DNA of 64,000 bases from the human T2T-CHM13v2.0 reference genome, Homo sapiens, in the NCBI RefSeq assembly GCF_009914755.1, contig NC_060941.1. The stretch is one strand, 5' to 3'. Below, one piece after another: positions 26,801 to 40,905 of this stretch; the stretch's first letter is position 1; the number at the start of each line of letters is the position of its first letter. A program made the translations under genes and the position numbers. Below the pieces are notes generated by a model. That model saw only the letters and a program-made list of their open reading frames with translations, made no database searches and was not told where the DNA came from.

Positions 26801-28720
26801 TTCAGCTGACTAAACAGAAGCAGTCTCAGAATCTTCTTTGTGATGTTTGCATTCAAATCCCAGAGTTGAACTTTCCTTTCAAAGTTCACGTTTGAAACAC
26901 TCTTTTTGCAGGATCTACAAGTGGATATTTGGACCACTCTGTGTCCTTCGTTCGAAACGGGTATATCTTCACATGACATCTAGACAGAAGCATTCTCAGA
27001 AGCTTCTCTGTGATGACTGCATTCAACTCACGGAGTTCAACACTCCTTTTGAGAGCGCAGTTTTGAAACTCTCTTTCTGTGGCATCTGCAAGGGGACATG
27101 TAGACCTCTTTGAAGATTTTGTTGGAAACGGAATCATCTTCACATAAAAACTATACAGATGCATTCTCAGGAACTTTTTGGTGATGTTTGTATTCAACTC
27201 CCAGAGTTGAACTTTCCTTTGGAAAGAGCAGCTATGAAACACTCTTTTTCTAGAATCTGCAAGTGGACGTTTGGAGGGCTTTGTGGTTTGTGGTGGAAAA
27301 GGAAATATCTTCACCTAAATACTAGATAGAAGCATTCTCAGAAACTGCTTTGTGATGATTGCATTCACCTCACAGAGTTGAACATTCCTATTGATAGAGC
27401 AGTTTGGAAACACTCTTGTTGTGGAATGTGCAAGTGGAGATTTGGAGCGTTTTGAGGCCTATGGTAGTAAAGGGAATAGCTTCATAGAAAAACTAGACAG
27501 AAGCATTCTCAGAAAATACTTTGTGATGATTGAGTTTAACTCACAGAGCTGAACATTCCTTTGGATGGAGCAGGTTTGAGACACACTTTTTGTAGAAACT
27601 ACAAGTGGATATTTGGACCTCTCTGAGGATTTCGTTGGAAACGCGATAACTGCACCTAATTAAACGGAAGCATTCTCAGAAACTTCTTGGTGATGTTTGC
27701 ATTCAAATCCCAGAGTTGAACCTTCCTTTGATAGTTCAGGTTTGAAACACTCTTTTTGTAGGATCTGCAAGTGGATATTTGGACCACTCTGTGGCCTTCG
27801 TTCGAAACGGGTACATCTTCGCATAAAATCTAGACAGAAGCCTTCTCAGAAACTTCTCTGTGATGATTGCATTCAACTCACAGAGTTGAACCCTCCTATG
27901 GATAGAGCATTGTTGAAACTCTCTTTTTGTGGAATCTGCAAGTGGATATGTGGACCTCTCCGAAGATGTCTTTGGAAACGGGAATATCTTCACATAAAAA
28001 CTAAACAGAAGCATTCTCAGAAACTTCTCTGTGATGTTTGTGTTCAACTCCCAGAGTTTCACATTGCTTTTCATAGAGTAGTTCTGAAACATGCTTTTCG
28101 TAGTGTCTGCAAGTGGACATTTGGAGCGCTTTCAGGCCTGTGGTGGAAAACGAATTATGGTCCCATAAAAACTGGAGAGAAGCATTGTCAGAAACTTCTT
28201 TGTGATGATTGCATTCAACTCACAGAGATGAAGGTTCCTTTACAAACAGCAGTTTCCAAACACTCTTTCTGTGGAATCTGCAAGTGGATATTTGGACCTC
28301 TTTGAAGATTTCGTTGGAAACGGGAGAATCTTCACAGAAAAGCTAAACAGAAGCATTCTCAGAAACTTCTTTGTGATGCTTGCATTCAACTCACAGAGTT
28401 GAACTTTCCTTTCGAGAGAGTAGCTTTGAAACACTCTTTTCCAGAATCTGCAAGTGGACATTTGGAGGGCTTTGAGGCCTGTGGTGGAAAAGGAATTATC
28501 TTCCCGTAAAAGCTAGACAGAAGCATTCTCAGAAACTACTTTGTGATGATTGCATTCAAGTCACAGAGTTGAACATTCCCTTTGACAGAGCAGTTTGGAA
28601 ACTCTCTTTGTGTAGAATCTGCAAGTGGAGATATGGACCGCTTTGAGGCCTATGGTAGTAAAGGAAATAGCTTCATATAAAAGCTAGACAGTAGCATTCA
28701 CAGAAAACTCTTGGTGACGA
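17200..28720 (+). repeat. Tandem duplication of a two-HOR block, period 5429 bp
   Basis: Unit lengths alternate 2714/2715/2714/2715. Private variants GGGACTCTC, GAGCATTTCG, CTGTATCC, GAATATTTCGTAGG, GTTTGCAGGG, ACTCATAGTG and CTTTCAAAC each occur twice, 5429 bp apart. Boundaries are approximate. Confidence 0.85.
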
Positions 28721-30382
28721 ATGAGTTTAACTCACAGAGCTGAACATTCCTTTGGATGGAGCAGTTTCGAAACACACTATTTGTAGAATGTGCAAGTGGA
28801 TATTTGGGCCTCTCTGAGGATTTCGTTGGAAACGGGATAAACCGCACAGACCTAAACAGAAGCATTCTCAGAACCTTCTTCGTGATGTTTGCATTCAACT
28901 CACAGTGTAAAACCTTTCTTTGATAGTTCAGATTTGAAACGGTCTTTCTGTAGAAACTGCAAGTAGATATTTGGACCTCTCTGAGGATTTCGTTGGAAAC
29001 GGGATAAACCGCACAGAACTAAAACAGAAGCATTCTCAGAACCCTCTTCGTGATGTTTGCATTCAACTCACAGTGCTGAACCTTTCTTTGATAGTTCAGC
29101 TTTGAAACACTCTTTTTGTAGAAACTGCAAGTGGATATTTGGTCCTCTCTGAGGATTTCGTTGGAAACGGGATAAAACGCACAGAACTAAACAGAAGCAT
29201 TCTCAGAACCTTCTTCGTGATGTCTGCATTCAACTCAAAGTGTGGAACCTTTCTTTGATAGTTCAGGTTTTAAAAACTCTTTTTGTACAAACTGCAAGGG
29301 GATAATTGCACTCTTTGAGGAGTACCGTAGTAAAGGAAATAACTTCCTTTAAAAAGAAGACAGAAGCTTTCTCAGAAAATTCTTTGGGATGATTGAGTTG
29401 AACTCACAGACCTGAGCATTCCTTGCGATGTAGCAGTTTAGAAACACACTTTCTGCAGAATCTGCAAGTGCATATGTGGACCTCTCTGAGGAATTCGTTG
29501 GAAACGGGATAATTTCAGCTGACTAAACAGAAGCAGTCTCAGAATCTTCTTTGTGATGTTTGCATTCAAATCCCAGAGTTGAACTTTCCGTTCAAAGTTC
29601 ACGTTTGACACACTCTTTTGCAGGATCTACAAGTGGATATTTGGACCACTCTGTGTCCTAAGTTCGAAACGGGTATATCTTCACATGACATCTAGACAGA
29701 AGCATTCTCAGAAGCTTCTCTGTGATGACTGCATTCAACTCACGGAGTTGAACACTCCTTTTGAGAGCGCAGTTTTGAAACTCTCTTTCTGTGGCATCTG
29801 CAAGGGGACATGTAGACCTCTTTGAAGATTTCGTTGGAAACGGAAACATCTTCACATAAAAACTATACAGATGCATTCTCAGGAAATTTTTGGTGATGTT
29901 TGTATTCAACCCCCAGAGTTGAACTTTCCTTTGGAAAGAGCAGCTATGAAACACTCTTTTTCTAGAATCTGCAAGTGGACGTTTGGAGGGCTTTGTGGTT
30001 TGTGGTGGAAAAGGAAATATCTTCACCTAAATACTAGATAGAAGCATTCTCAGAAACTGCTTTGTGATGATTGCATTCACCTCACAGAGTTGAACATTCC
30101 TATTGATAGAGCAGTTTGGAAACACTCTTGTTGTGGAATGTGCAAGTGGAGATTTGGAGCGCTTTGAGGCCTATGGTAGTAAAGGGAATAGCTTCATAGA
30201 AAAACTAGACAGAAGCATTCTCAGAAAATACTTTGTGATGACTGAGTTTAACTCACAGAGCTGAACATTCCTTTGGATGGAGCAGGTTTGAGACACACTT
30301 TTTGTAGAATCTACAAGTGGATATTTGGACCTCTCTGAGGATTTCGTTGGAAACGCGATAACTGCACCTAACTAAACGGAAG

Positions 30383-32928
30383 CATTCTCAGAAACTTCTT
30401 GGTGATGTTTGCATTCAAATCCCAGAGTTGAACCTTCCTTTGATAGTTCAGGTTTGAAACACTCTTTTTGTAGGATCTGCAAGTGGATATTTGGACCACT
30501 CTGTGGCCTTCGTTCGAAACGGGTATATCTTCGCATAAAATCTAGACAGAAGCCTTCTCAGAAACTTCTCTGTGATGATTGCATTCAACTCACAGAGTTG
30601 AACCCTCCTATGGATAGAGCAGTGTTGAAACTCTCTTTTTGTGGAATCTGCAAGTGGATATGTGGACCTCTCCGAAGATGTCTTTGGAAACGGGAATATC
30701 TTCACATAAAAACTAAACAGAAGCATTCTCAGAAACTTCTCTGTGATGTTTGTGTTCAACTCCCAGAGTTTCACATTGCTTTTCATAGAGTAGTTCTGAA
30801 ACATGCTTTTCGTAGTGTCTACAAGTGGACATTTGGAGCGCTTTCAGGCCTGTGGTGGAAAACGAATTATGGTCACATAAAAACTGGAGAGAAGCATTGT
30901 CAGAAACTTCTTTGTGATGATTGCATTCAACTCACAGAGTTGAAGGTTCCTTTTCAAAGAGCAGTTTCCAATCACTCTTTCTGTGGAATCTGCAAGTGGA
31001 TATTTGGACCTCTTTGAAGATTTCGTTGGAAACGGGAGAATCTTCACAGAAAAGCTAAACAGAAGCATTCTCAGAAACTTCTTTGTGATGCTTGCATTCA
31101 ACTCACAGAGTTGAACTTTCCTTTCGAGAGAGAAGCTTTGAAACACTCTTTTCCAGAATCTGCAAGTGGACATTTGGAGGGCATTGAGGCCTGTGGTGGA
31201 AAAGGAATTATCTTCCCGTAAAAGCTAGACAGAAGCATTCTCAGAAACTACTTTGTGATGATTGCATTCAAGTCACAGACTTGAACATTCCCTTTGACAG
31301 AGCAGTTTGGAAACTCTCTTTGTGTAGAATCTGCAAGTGGAGATATGGACCGCTTTGAGGCCTATGGTAGTAAAGGAAATAGCTTCATATAAAAGCTAGA
31401 CAGTAGCATTCACAGAAAACTCTTGGTGACGACTGAGTTTAACTCACAGAGCTGAACATTCCTTTGGATGGAGCAGTTTCGAAACACACTATTTGTAGAA
31501 TGTGCAAGTGGATATTTGGGCCTCTCTGAGGATTTCGTTGGAAACGGGATAAACCGCACCGAACTAAACAGAAGCATTCTCAGAACCTTCTTCGTGATGT
31601 TTGCATTCAACTCACAGTGTTGAACCTTTCTTTGATAGTTCAGGTTTGAAACGGTCTTTCTGTAGAAACTGCAAGTAGATATTTGGACCTCTCTGAGGAT
31701 TTCGTTGGAAACGGGATAAACCGCACAGAACTAAAACAGAAGCATTCTCAGAACCTTCTTCGTGATGTCTGCATTCAACTCAAAGTGTGGAACCTTTCTT
31801 TGACAGTTCAGGTTTAAAAAACTCTTTTTGTAGAAACTGCAAGGGGATAATTGCACTCTTTGAGGAGTACCGTAGTAAAGGAAATAACTTCCTATAAAAA
31901 GAAGACAGAAGCTTTCACAGAAAATTCTTTGGGATGATTGACTTGAACTCACAGAGCTGAGCATTCCTTGCGATGTAGCAGTTTAGAAACACACTTTCTG
32001 CAGAATCTGCAAGTGCATATGTGGACCTCTCTGAGGAATTCGTTGGAAACGGGATAATTTCAGCTGACTAAACAGAAGCAGTCTCAGAATCTTCTTTGTG
32101 ATGTTTGCATTCAAATCCCAGAGTTGAACTTTCCTTTCAAAGTTCACGTTTGAAACACTCTTTTTGCAGCATCTACAAGTGGATATTTGGACGACTCTGT
32201 GTCCTTCGTTTGAAACGGGTATATCTTCACATGACATCTAGACAGAAGCATTCTCAGAAGCTTCTCTGTGATGACTGCATTCAACTCACGGAGTTGAACA
32301 CTCCTTTTGAGAGCGCAGTTTTGAAACTCTCTTTCTGTGGCATCTGCAAGGGGACATGTAGACCTCTTTGAAGATTTCGTTGGAAACGGAATCATCTTCA
32401 CATAAAAACTATACAGATGCATTCTCAGGAACTTTTTGGTGATGTTTGTATTCAACTCCCAGAGTTGAACTTTCCTTTGGAAAGAGCAGCTATGAAACAC
32501 TCTTTTTCTACAATCTGCAAGTGGACGTTTGGAGGGCTTTGTGGTTTGTGGTGGAAAAGGAAATATCTTCACCTAAATACTAGATAGAAGCATTCTCAGA
32601 AACTACTTTGTGATGATTGCATTCACCTCACAGAGTTGAACATTCCTATTGATAGAGCAGTTTGGAAACACTCTTGTTGTGGAATGTGCAAGTGGAGATT
32701 TGGAGCGCTTTGAGGCCTATGGTAGTAAAGGGAATAGCTTCATAGAAAAACTAGACAGAAGCATTCTCAGAAAATCCTTTGTGATGATTGAGTTTAACTC
32801 ACAGAGCTGAACATTCCTTTGGATGGAGCAGGTTTGAGACACACTTTTTGTAGAATCTACAAGTGGATATTTGGACCTCTCTGAGGATTTCGTTGGAAAC
32901 GCGATAACTGCAACTAACTAAACGGAAG
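30383..32928 (+). repeat. 15-mer variant HOR (2546 bp)
   Basis: One monomer (167 bp) of the internal triplication is missing, junction ~31737-31755, plus two 1-bp deletions: 2715-167-2=2546. Confidence 0.93.
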
Positions 32929-35900
32929 CATTCTCAGAAACTTCTTGGTGATGTTTGCATTCAAATCCCAGAGTTGAACCTTCCTGTGATAGTTCAGGTT
33001 TGAAACACTCTTTTTGTAGGATCTGCAAGTGGATATTTGGACCACTCTGTGGCCTTCGTTCGAAACGGGTACATCTTCACATAAAATCTAGACAGAAGCC
33101 TTCTCAGAAACTTCTCTGTGATGATTGCATTCAACTCACAGATTTGAACCCTCCTATGGATAGAGCAGTGTTGAAACTCTCTTTTTGTGGAATCTGCAAG
33201 TGGATATGTGGACCTCTCCGAAGATGTCTTTGGAAACGGGAATATCTTCACATAAAAACTAAACAGAAGCATTCTCAGAAACTTCTCTGTGATGTTTGTG
33301 TTCAACTCCCAGAGTTTCACATTGCTTTTCATAGAGTAGTTCTGAAACATAATTTTCGTAGTGTCTGCAAGTGGACATTTGGAGCGCTTTCAGGCCTGTG
33401 GTGGAAAACGAATTATGGTCCCATAAAAACTGGAGAGAAGCATTGTCAGAAACTTCTTTGTGATGATTGCATTCAACTCACAGAGATGAAGGTTCCTTTA
33501 CAAACAGCAGTTTCCAAACACTCTTTCTGTGGAATCTGCAAGTGGATATTTGGACCTCTTTGAAGATTTCGTTGGAAACGGGAGAATCTTCACAGAAAAG
33601 CTAAACAGAAGCATTCTCAGAAACTTCTTTGTGATGCTTGCATTCAACTCACAGAGTTGAACTTTCCTTTCGAGAGAGAAGCTTTGAAACACTCTTTTTC
33701 CAGAATCTGCAAGTGGACATTTGGAGGGCTTTGAGGCCTGTGGTGGAAAAGGAATTAACTTCCCGTAAAAGCTAGATAGAAGCATTCTCAGAAACTACTT
33801 TGTGATGATTGCATTCAAGTCTCAGAGTTGAACATTCCCTTTCACAGAGCAGTTTGGAAACTCTCTTTCTGTAGAATCTGCAAGTGGAGATATGGACCGC
33901 TTTGAGGCCTATGGTAGTAAAGGAAATAGCTTTATATAAAAGCTAGACAGTAGCATTCACAGAAAACTCTTGGTGACGACTGAGTTTAACTCACAGAGCT
34001 GAACATTCCTTTGGATGGAGCAGTTTCGAAACACACTATTTGTAGAATGTGCAAGTGGATATTTGGGCCTCTCTGAGGATTTCGTTGGAAACGGGATAAA
34101 CCGCACAGAACTAAACAGAAGCATTCTCAGAACCTTCTTCGTGATGTTTGCATTCAACTCACAGTGTTGAACCTTTCTTTGATAGTTCAGGTTTGAAACG
34201 GTCTTTCTGTAGAAACTGCAAGTAGATATTTGGACCTCTCTGAGGATTTCGTTGGAAACGGGATAACCCGCACAGAACTAAAACAGAAGCATTCTCAGAA
34301 CCCTCTTCGTGATGTTTGCATTCAACTCACAGTGCTGAACCTTTCTTTGATAGTTCAGCTTTGAAACACTCTTCTTGTAGAAACTGCAAGTGGATATTTG
34401 GTCCTCTCTGAGGATTTCGTTGGAAACGGGATAAACCGCACAGAACTAAACAGAAGCATTCTCAGAACCTTCTTCGTGATGTCTGCATTCAACTCACAGT
34501 GTGGAACCTTTCTTTGACAGTTCAGGTTTGAAACACTCTTTTTGTAGAAACTGCAAGGGGATAATTGCACTTCTTTGAGGCCTACCGTAGTAAAGGAAAT
34601 AACTTCCTATAGAAAGAAGACAGAAGCTTTCTCAGAAAATTCTTTGGGATGATTGAGTGGAACTCACAGAGCTGAACATTCCTTGCGATGTAGCAGTTTA
34701 GAAACACACTTTCTGCAGAATCTGCAAGTGCATATTTGGACCTCTCTGAGGAATTCGTTGGAAACGGGATAATTTCAGCTGACTAAACAGAAGCAGTCTC
34801 AGAATCTTCTTTGTGATGTTTGCATTCAAATCCCAGAGTTGAACTTTCCTTTCAAAGTTCACGTTTGAAACACTCTTTTTGCAGGATCTACAAGTGGATA
34901 TTTGGACCACTCTGTGTCCTTCGTTCGAAACGGGTATATCTTCACATGACATCTAGACAGAAGCATTCTCAGAAGCTTCTCTGTGATGACTGCATTCAAC
35001 TCACGGAGTTGAACACTCCTTTTGAGAGCGCAGTTTTGAAACTCTCTTTCTGTGGCATCTGCAAGGGGACATGTAGACCTCTTTGAAGATTTCGTTGGAA
35101 ACGGAATCATCTTCACATAAAAACTATACAGATGCATTCTCAGGAACTTTTTGGTGATGTTTGTATTCAACTCCCAGAGTTGAACTTTCCTTTGGAAAGA
35201 GCAGCTATGAAACACTCTTTTTCTAGAATCTGCAAGTGGACGTTTGGAGGGCTTTGTGGTTTGTGGTGGAAAAGGAAATATCTTCACCTAAATACTAGAT
35301 AGAAGCATTCTCAGAAACTACTTTGTGATGATTGCATTCACCTCACAGAGTTGAACATTCCTATTGATAGAGCAGTTTGGAAACACTCTTGTTGTGGAAT
35401 GTGCAAGTGGAGATTTGGAGCGCTTTGAGGCCTATGGTAGTAAAGGGAATAGCTTCATAGAAAAACTAGACAGAAGCATTCTCAGAAAATACTTTGTGAT
35501 GATTGAGTTTAACTCACAGAGCTGAACATTCCTTTGGATGGAGCAGGTTTGAGACACACTTTTTGTAGAATCTACAAGTGGATATTTGGACCTCTCTGAG
35601 GATTTCGTTGGAAACGCGATAACTGCACCTAACTAAACGGAAGCATTCTCAGAAACTTCTTGGTGATGTTTGCATTCAAATCCCAGAGTTGAACCTTCCT
35701 GTGATAGTTCAGGTTTGAAACACTCTTTTTGTAGGATCTGCAAGTGGATATTTGGACCACTCTGTGGCCTTCGTTCGAAACGGGTACATCTTCACATAAA
35801 ATCTAGACAGAAGCCTTCTCAGAAACTTCTCTGTGATGATTGCATTCAACTCACAGATTTGAACCCTCCTATGGATAGAGCAGTGTTGAAACTCTCTTTT

Positions 35901-38358
35901 TGTGGAATCTGCAAGTGGATATGTGGACCTCTCCGAAGATGTCTTTGGAAACGGGAATATCTTCACATAAAAACTAAACAGAAGCATTCTCAGAAACTTC
36001 TCTGTGATGTTTGTGTTCAACTCCCAGAGTTTCACATTGCTTTTCATAGAGTAGTTCTGAAACATGCTTTTCGTAGTGTCTGCAAGTGGACATTTGGAGC
36101 GCTTTCAGGCCTGTGGTGGAAAACGAATTATGGTCCCATAAAAACTGGAGAGAAGCATTGTCAGAAACTTCTTTGTGATGATTGCATTCAACTCACAGAG
36201 ATGAAGGTTCCTTTACAAACAGCAGTTTCCAAACACTCTTTCTGTGGAATCTGCAAGTGGATATTTGGACCTCTTTGAAGATTTCGTTGGAAACGGGAGA
36301 ATCTTCACAGAAAAGCTAAACAGAAGCATTCTCAGAAACTTCTTTGTGATGCTTGCATTCAACTCACAGAGTTGAACTTTCCTTTCGAGAGAGAAGCTTT
36401 GAAACACTCTTTTTCCAGAATCTGCAAGTGGACATTTGGAGGGCTTTGAGGCCTGTGGTGGAAAAGGAATTAACTTCCCGTAAAAGCTAGATAGAAGCAT
36501 TCTCAGAAACTACTTTGTGATGATTGCATTCAAGTCACAGAGTTGAACATTCCCTTTGACAGAGCAGTTTGGAAACTCTCTTTCTGTAGAATCTGCAAGT
36601 GGAGATATGGACCGCTTTGAGGCCTATGGTAGTAAAGGAAATAGCTTCATATAAAAGCTAGACAGTAGCATTCACAGAAAACTCTTGGTGACGACTGAGT
36701 TTAACTCACAGAGCTGAACATTCCTTTGGATGGAGCAGTTTCGAAACACACTATTTGTAGAATGTGCAAGTGGATATTTGGGCCTCTCTGAGGATTTCGT
36801 TGGAAACGGGATAAACCGCACAGAACTAAACAGAAGCATTCTCAGAACCTTCTTCGTGATGTTTGCATTCAACTCACAGTGTTGAACCTTTCTTTGATAG
36901 TTCAGGTTTGAAACGGTCTTTCTGTAGAAACTGCAAGTAGATATTTGGACCTCTCTGAGGATTTCGTTGGAAACGGGATAACCCGCACAGAACTAAAACA
37001 GAAGCATTCTCAGAACCCTCTTCGTGATGTTTGCATTCAACTCACAGTGCTGAATCTTTCTTTGATAGTTCAGCTTTGAAACACTCTTCTTGTAGAAACT
37101 GCAAGTGGATATTTGGTCCTCTCTGAGGATTTCGTTGGAAACGGGATAAACCACACAGAACTAAACAGAAGCATTCTCAGAACCTTCTTCGTGATGTCTG
37201 CATTCAACTCACAGTGTGGAACCTTTCTTTGATAGTTCAGGTTTGAAACACTCTTTTTGTAGAAACTGCAAGGGGATAATTGCACTTCTTTGAGGCCTAC
37301 CGTAGTAAAGGAAATAACTTCCTATAGAAAGAAGACACAAGCTTTCTCAGAAAATTCTTTGGGATGATTGAGTGGAACTCACAGAGCTGAACATTCCTTG
37401 CGATGTAGCAGTTTAGAAACACACTTTCTGCAGAATCTGCAAGTGCATATTTGGACCTCTCTGAGGAATTCGTTGGAAACGGGATAATTTCAGCTGACTA
37501 AACAGAAGCAGTCTCAGAATCTTCTTTGTGATGTTTGCATTCAAATCCCAGAGTTGAACTTTCCTTTCAAAGTTCACGTTTGAAACACTCTTTTTGCAGG
37601 ATCTACAAGTGGATATTTGGACCACTCTGTGTCCTTCGTTCGAAACGGGTATATCTTCACATGACATCTAGACAGAAGCATTCTCAGAAGCTTCTCTGTG
37701 ATGACTGCATTCAACTCACGGAGTTGAACACTCCTTTTGAGAGCGCAGTTTTGAAACTCTCTTTCTGTGGCATCTGCAAGGGGACATGTAGACCTCTTTG
37801 AAGATTTCGTTGGAAACGGAATCATCTTCACATAAAAACTATACAGATGCATTCTCAGGAACTTTTTGGTGATGTTTGTATTCAACCCCCAGAGTTGAAC
37901 ATTCCTTTGGAAAGAGCAGCTATGAAACACTCTTTTTCTACAATCTGCAAGTGGACGTTTGGAGGGCTTTGTGGTTTGTGGTGGAAAAGGAAATATCTTC
38001 ACCTAAATACTAGATAGAAGCATTCTCAGAAACTACTTTGTGATGATTGCATTCACCTCACAGAGTTGAACATTCCTATTGATAGAGCAGTTTGGAAACA
38101 CTCTTGTTGTGGAATGTGCAAGTGGAGATTTGGAGCGCTTTGAGGCCTATGGTAGTAAAGGGAATAGCTTCATAGAAAAACTAGACAGAAGCATTCTCAG
38201 AAAATACTTTGTGATGATTGAGTTTAACTCACAGAGCTGAACATTCCTTTGGATGGAGCAGGTTTGAGACACACTTTTTGTAGAATCTACAATTGGATAT
38301 TTGGACCTCTCTGAGGATTTCGTTGGAAACGCGATAACTGCACCTAACTAAACGGAAG

Positions 38359-40905
38359 CATTCTCAGAAACTTCTTGGTGATGTTTGCATTCAAATCCCA
38401 GAGTTGAACCTTCCTGTGATAGTTCAGGTTTGAAACACTCTTTTTGTAGGATCTGCAAGTGGATATTTGGACCACTCTGTGGCCTTCGTTCCAAACGGGT
38501 ACATCTTCACATAAAATCTAGACAGAAGACTTCTCAGAACCTTCTCTGTGATGATTGCATTCAACTCACAGATTTGAACCCTCCTATGGATAGAACAGTG
38601 TTGAAACCCTCTTTTTGTGGAATCTGCAAGTGGATATGTGGACCTCTCCGAAGATGTCTTTGGAAACGGGAATATCTTCACCTAAAAACTAAACAGAAGC
38701 ATTCTCAGAAACTTCTCTGTGATGTTTGTGTTCAACTCCCAGAGTTTCACATTGCTTTTCATAGAGTAGTTCTGAAACATGCTTTTCGTAGTGTCTGCAA
38801 GTGGACATTTGGAGCGCTTTCAGGCCTGTGGTGGAAAACGAATTATGGTCCCATAAAAACTGGAGAGAAGCATTGTCAGAAACTTCTTTGTGATGATTGC
38901 ATTCAACTCACAGAGATGAAGGTTCCTTTACAAACAGCAGTTTCCAAACACTCTTTCTGTGGAATCTGCAAGTGGATATTTGGACCTCTTTGAAGATTTC
39001 GTTGGAAACGGGAGAATCTTCACAGAAAAGCTAAACAGAAGCATTCTCAGAAACTTCTTTGTGATGCTTGCATTCAACTCACAGAGTTGAACTTTCCTTT
39101 CGAGAGAGAAGCTTTGAAACACTCTTTTTCCAGAATCTGCAAGTGGACATTTGGAGGGCTTTGAGGCCTGTGGTGGAAAAGGAATTAACTTCCCGTAAAA
39201 GCTAGATAGAAGCATTCTCAGAAACTACTTTGTGATGATTGCATTCAAGTCACAGAGTTGAACATTCCCTTTGACAGAGCAGTTTGGAAACTCTCTTTGT
39301 GTAGAATCTGCAAGTGGAGATATGGACCGCTTTGAGGCCTATGGTAGTAAAGGAAATAGCTTCATATAAAAGCTAGACAGTAGCATTCACAGAAAACTCT
39401 TGGTGACGACTGAGTTTAACTCACAGAGCTGAACATTCCTTTGGATGGAGCAGTTTCGAAACACACTATTTGTAGAATGTGCAAGTGGATATTTGGGCCT
39501 CTCTGAGGATTTCGTTGGAAACGGGATAAACCGCACAGAACTAAACAGAAGCATTCTCAGAACCTTCTTCGTGATGTTTGCATTCAACTCACAGTGTTGA
39601 ACCTTTCTTTGATAGTTCAGGTTTGAAACGGTCTTTCTGTAGAAACTGCAAGTAGATATTTGGACCTCTCTGAGGATTTCGTTGGAAACGGGATAACCCG
39701 CACAGAACTAAACAGAAGCATTCTCAGAACCTTCTTCGTGATGTCTGCATTCAACTCACAGTGTGGAACCTTTCTTTGATAGTTCAGGTTTGAAACACTC
39801 TTTTTGTAGAAACTGCAAGGGGATAATTGCACTTCTTTGAGGCCTACCGTAGTAAAGGAAATAACTTCCTATAGAAAGAAGACAGAAGCTTTCTCAGAAA
39901 ATTCTTTGGGATGATTGAGTGGAACTCACAGAGCTGAACATTCCTTGCGATGTAGCAGTTTAGAAACACACTTTCTGCAGAATCTGCAAGTGCATATTTG
40001 GACCTCTCCGAGGAATTCGTTGGAAACGGGATAATTTCAGCTGACTAAACAGAAGCAGTCTCAGAATCTTCTTTGTGATGTTTGCATTCAAATCCCAGAG
40101 TTGAACTTTCCTTTCAAAGTTCACGTTTGAAACACTCTTTTTGCAGGATCTACAAGTGGATATTTGGACCACTCTGTGTCCTTCGTTCGAAACGGGTATA
40201 TCTTCACATGACATCTAGACAGAAGCATTCTCAGAAGCTTCTCTGTGATGACTGCATTCAACTCACGGAGTTGAACACTCCTTTTGAGAGCGCAGTTTTG
40301 AAACTCTCTTTCTGTGGCATCTGCAAGGGGACATGTAGACCTCTTTGAAGATTTCGTTGGAAACGGAATCATCTTCACATAAAAACTATACAGATGCATT
40401 CTCAGGAACTTTTTGGTGATGTTTGTATTCAACTCCCAGAGTTGAACTTTCCTTTGGAAAGAGCAGCTATGAAACACTCTTTTTCTAGAATCTGCAAGTG
40501 GACGTTTGGAGGGCTTTGTGGTTTGTGGTGGAAAAGGAAATATCTTCACCTAAATACTAGATAGAAGCATTCTCAGAAACTACTTTGTGATGATTGCATT
40601 CACCTCACAGAGTTGAACATTCCTATTGATAGAGCAGTTTGGAAACACTCTTGTTGTGGAATGTGCAAGTGGAGATTTGGAGCGCTTTGAGGCCTATGGT
40701 AGTAAAGGGAATAGCTTCATAGAAAAACTAGACAGAAGCATTCTCAGAAAATACTTTGTGATGATTGAGTTTAACTCACAGAGCTGAACATTCCTTTGGA
40801 TGGAGCAGGTTTGAGACACACTTTTTGTAGAATCTACAAGTGGATATTTGGACCTCTCTGAGGATTTCGTTGGAAACGCGATAACTGCACCTAACTAAAC
40901 GGAAG
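38359..40905 (+). repeat. 15-mer variant HOR (2547 bp)
   Basis: A 168-bp loss within the triplication, junction ~39697-39712: 2715-168=2547. Confidence 0.93.

Noticed and set aside
5405-27135. TTTTGTTGGAAACGGAA variant in alternate units (~5405, 10832, 16259, 21688, 27117)
   Set aside because: A CpG transition in an already degenerate box. It only reflects the two-HOR periodicity reported above.
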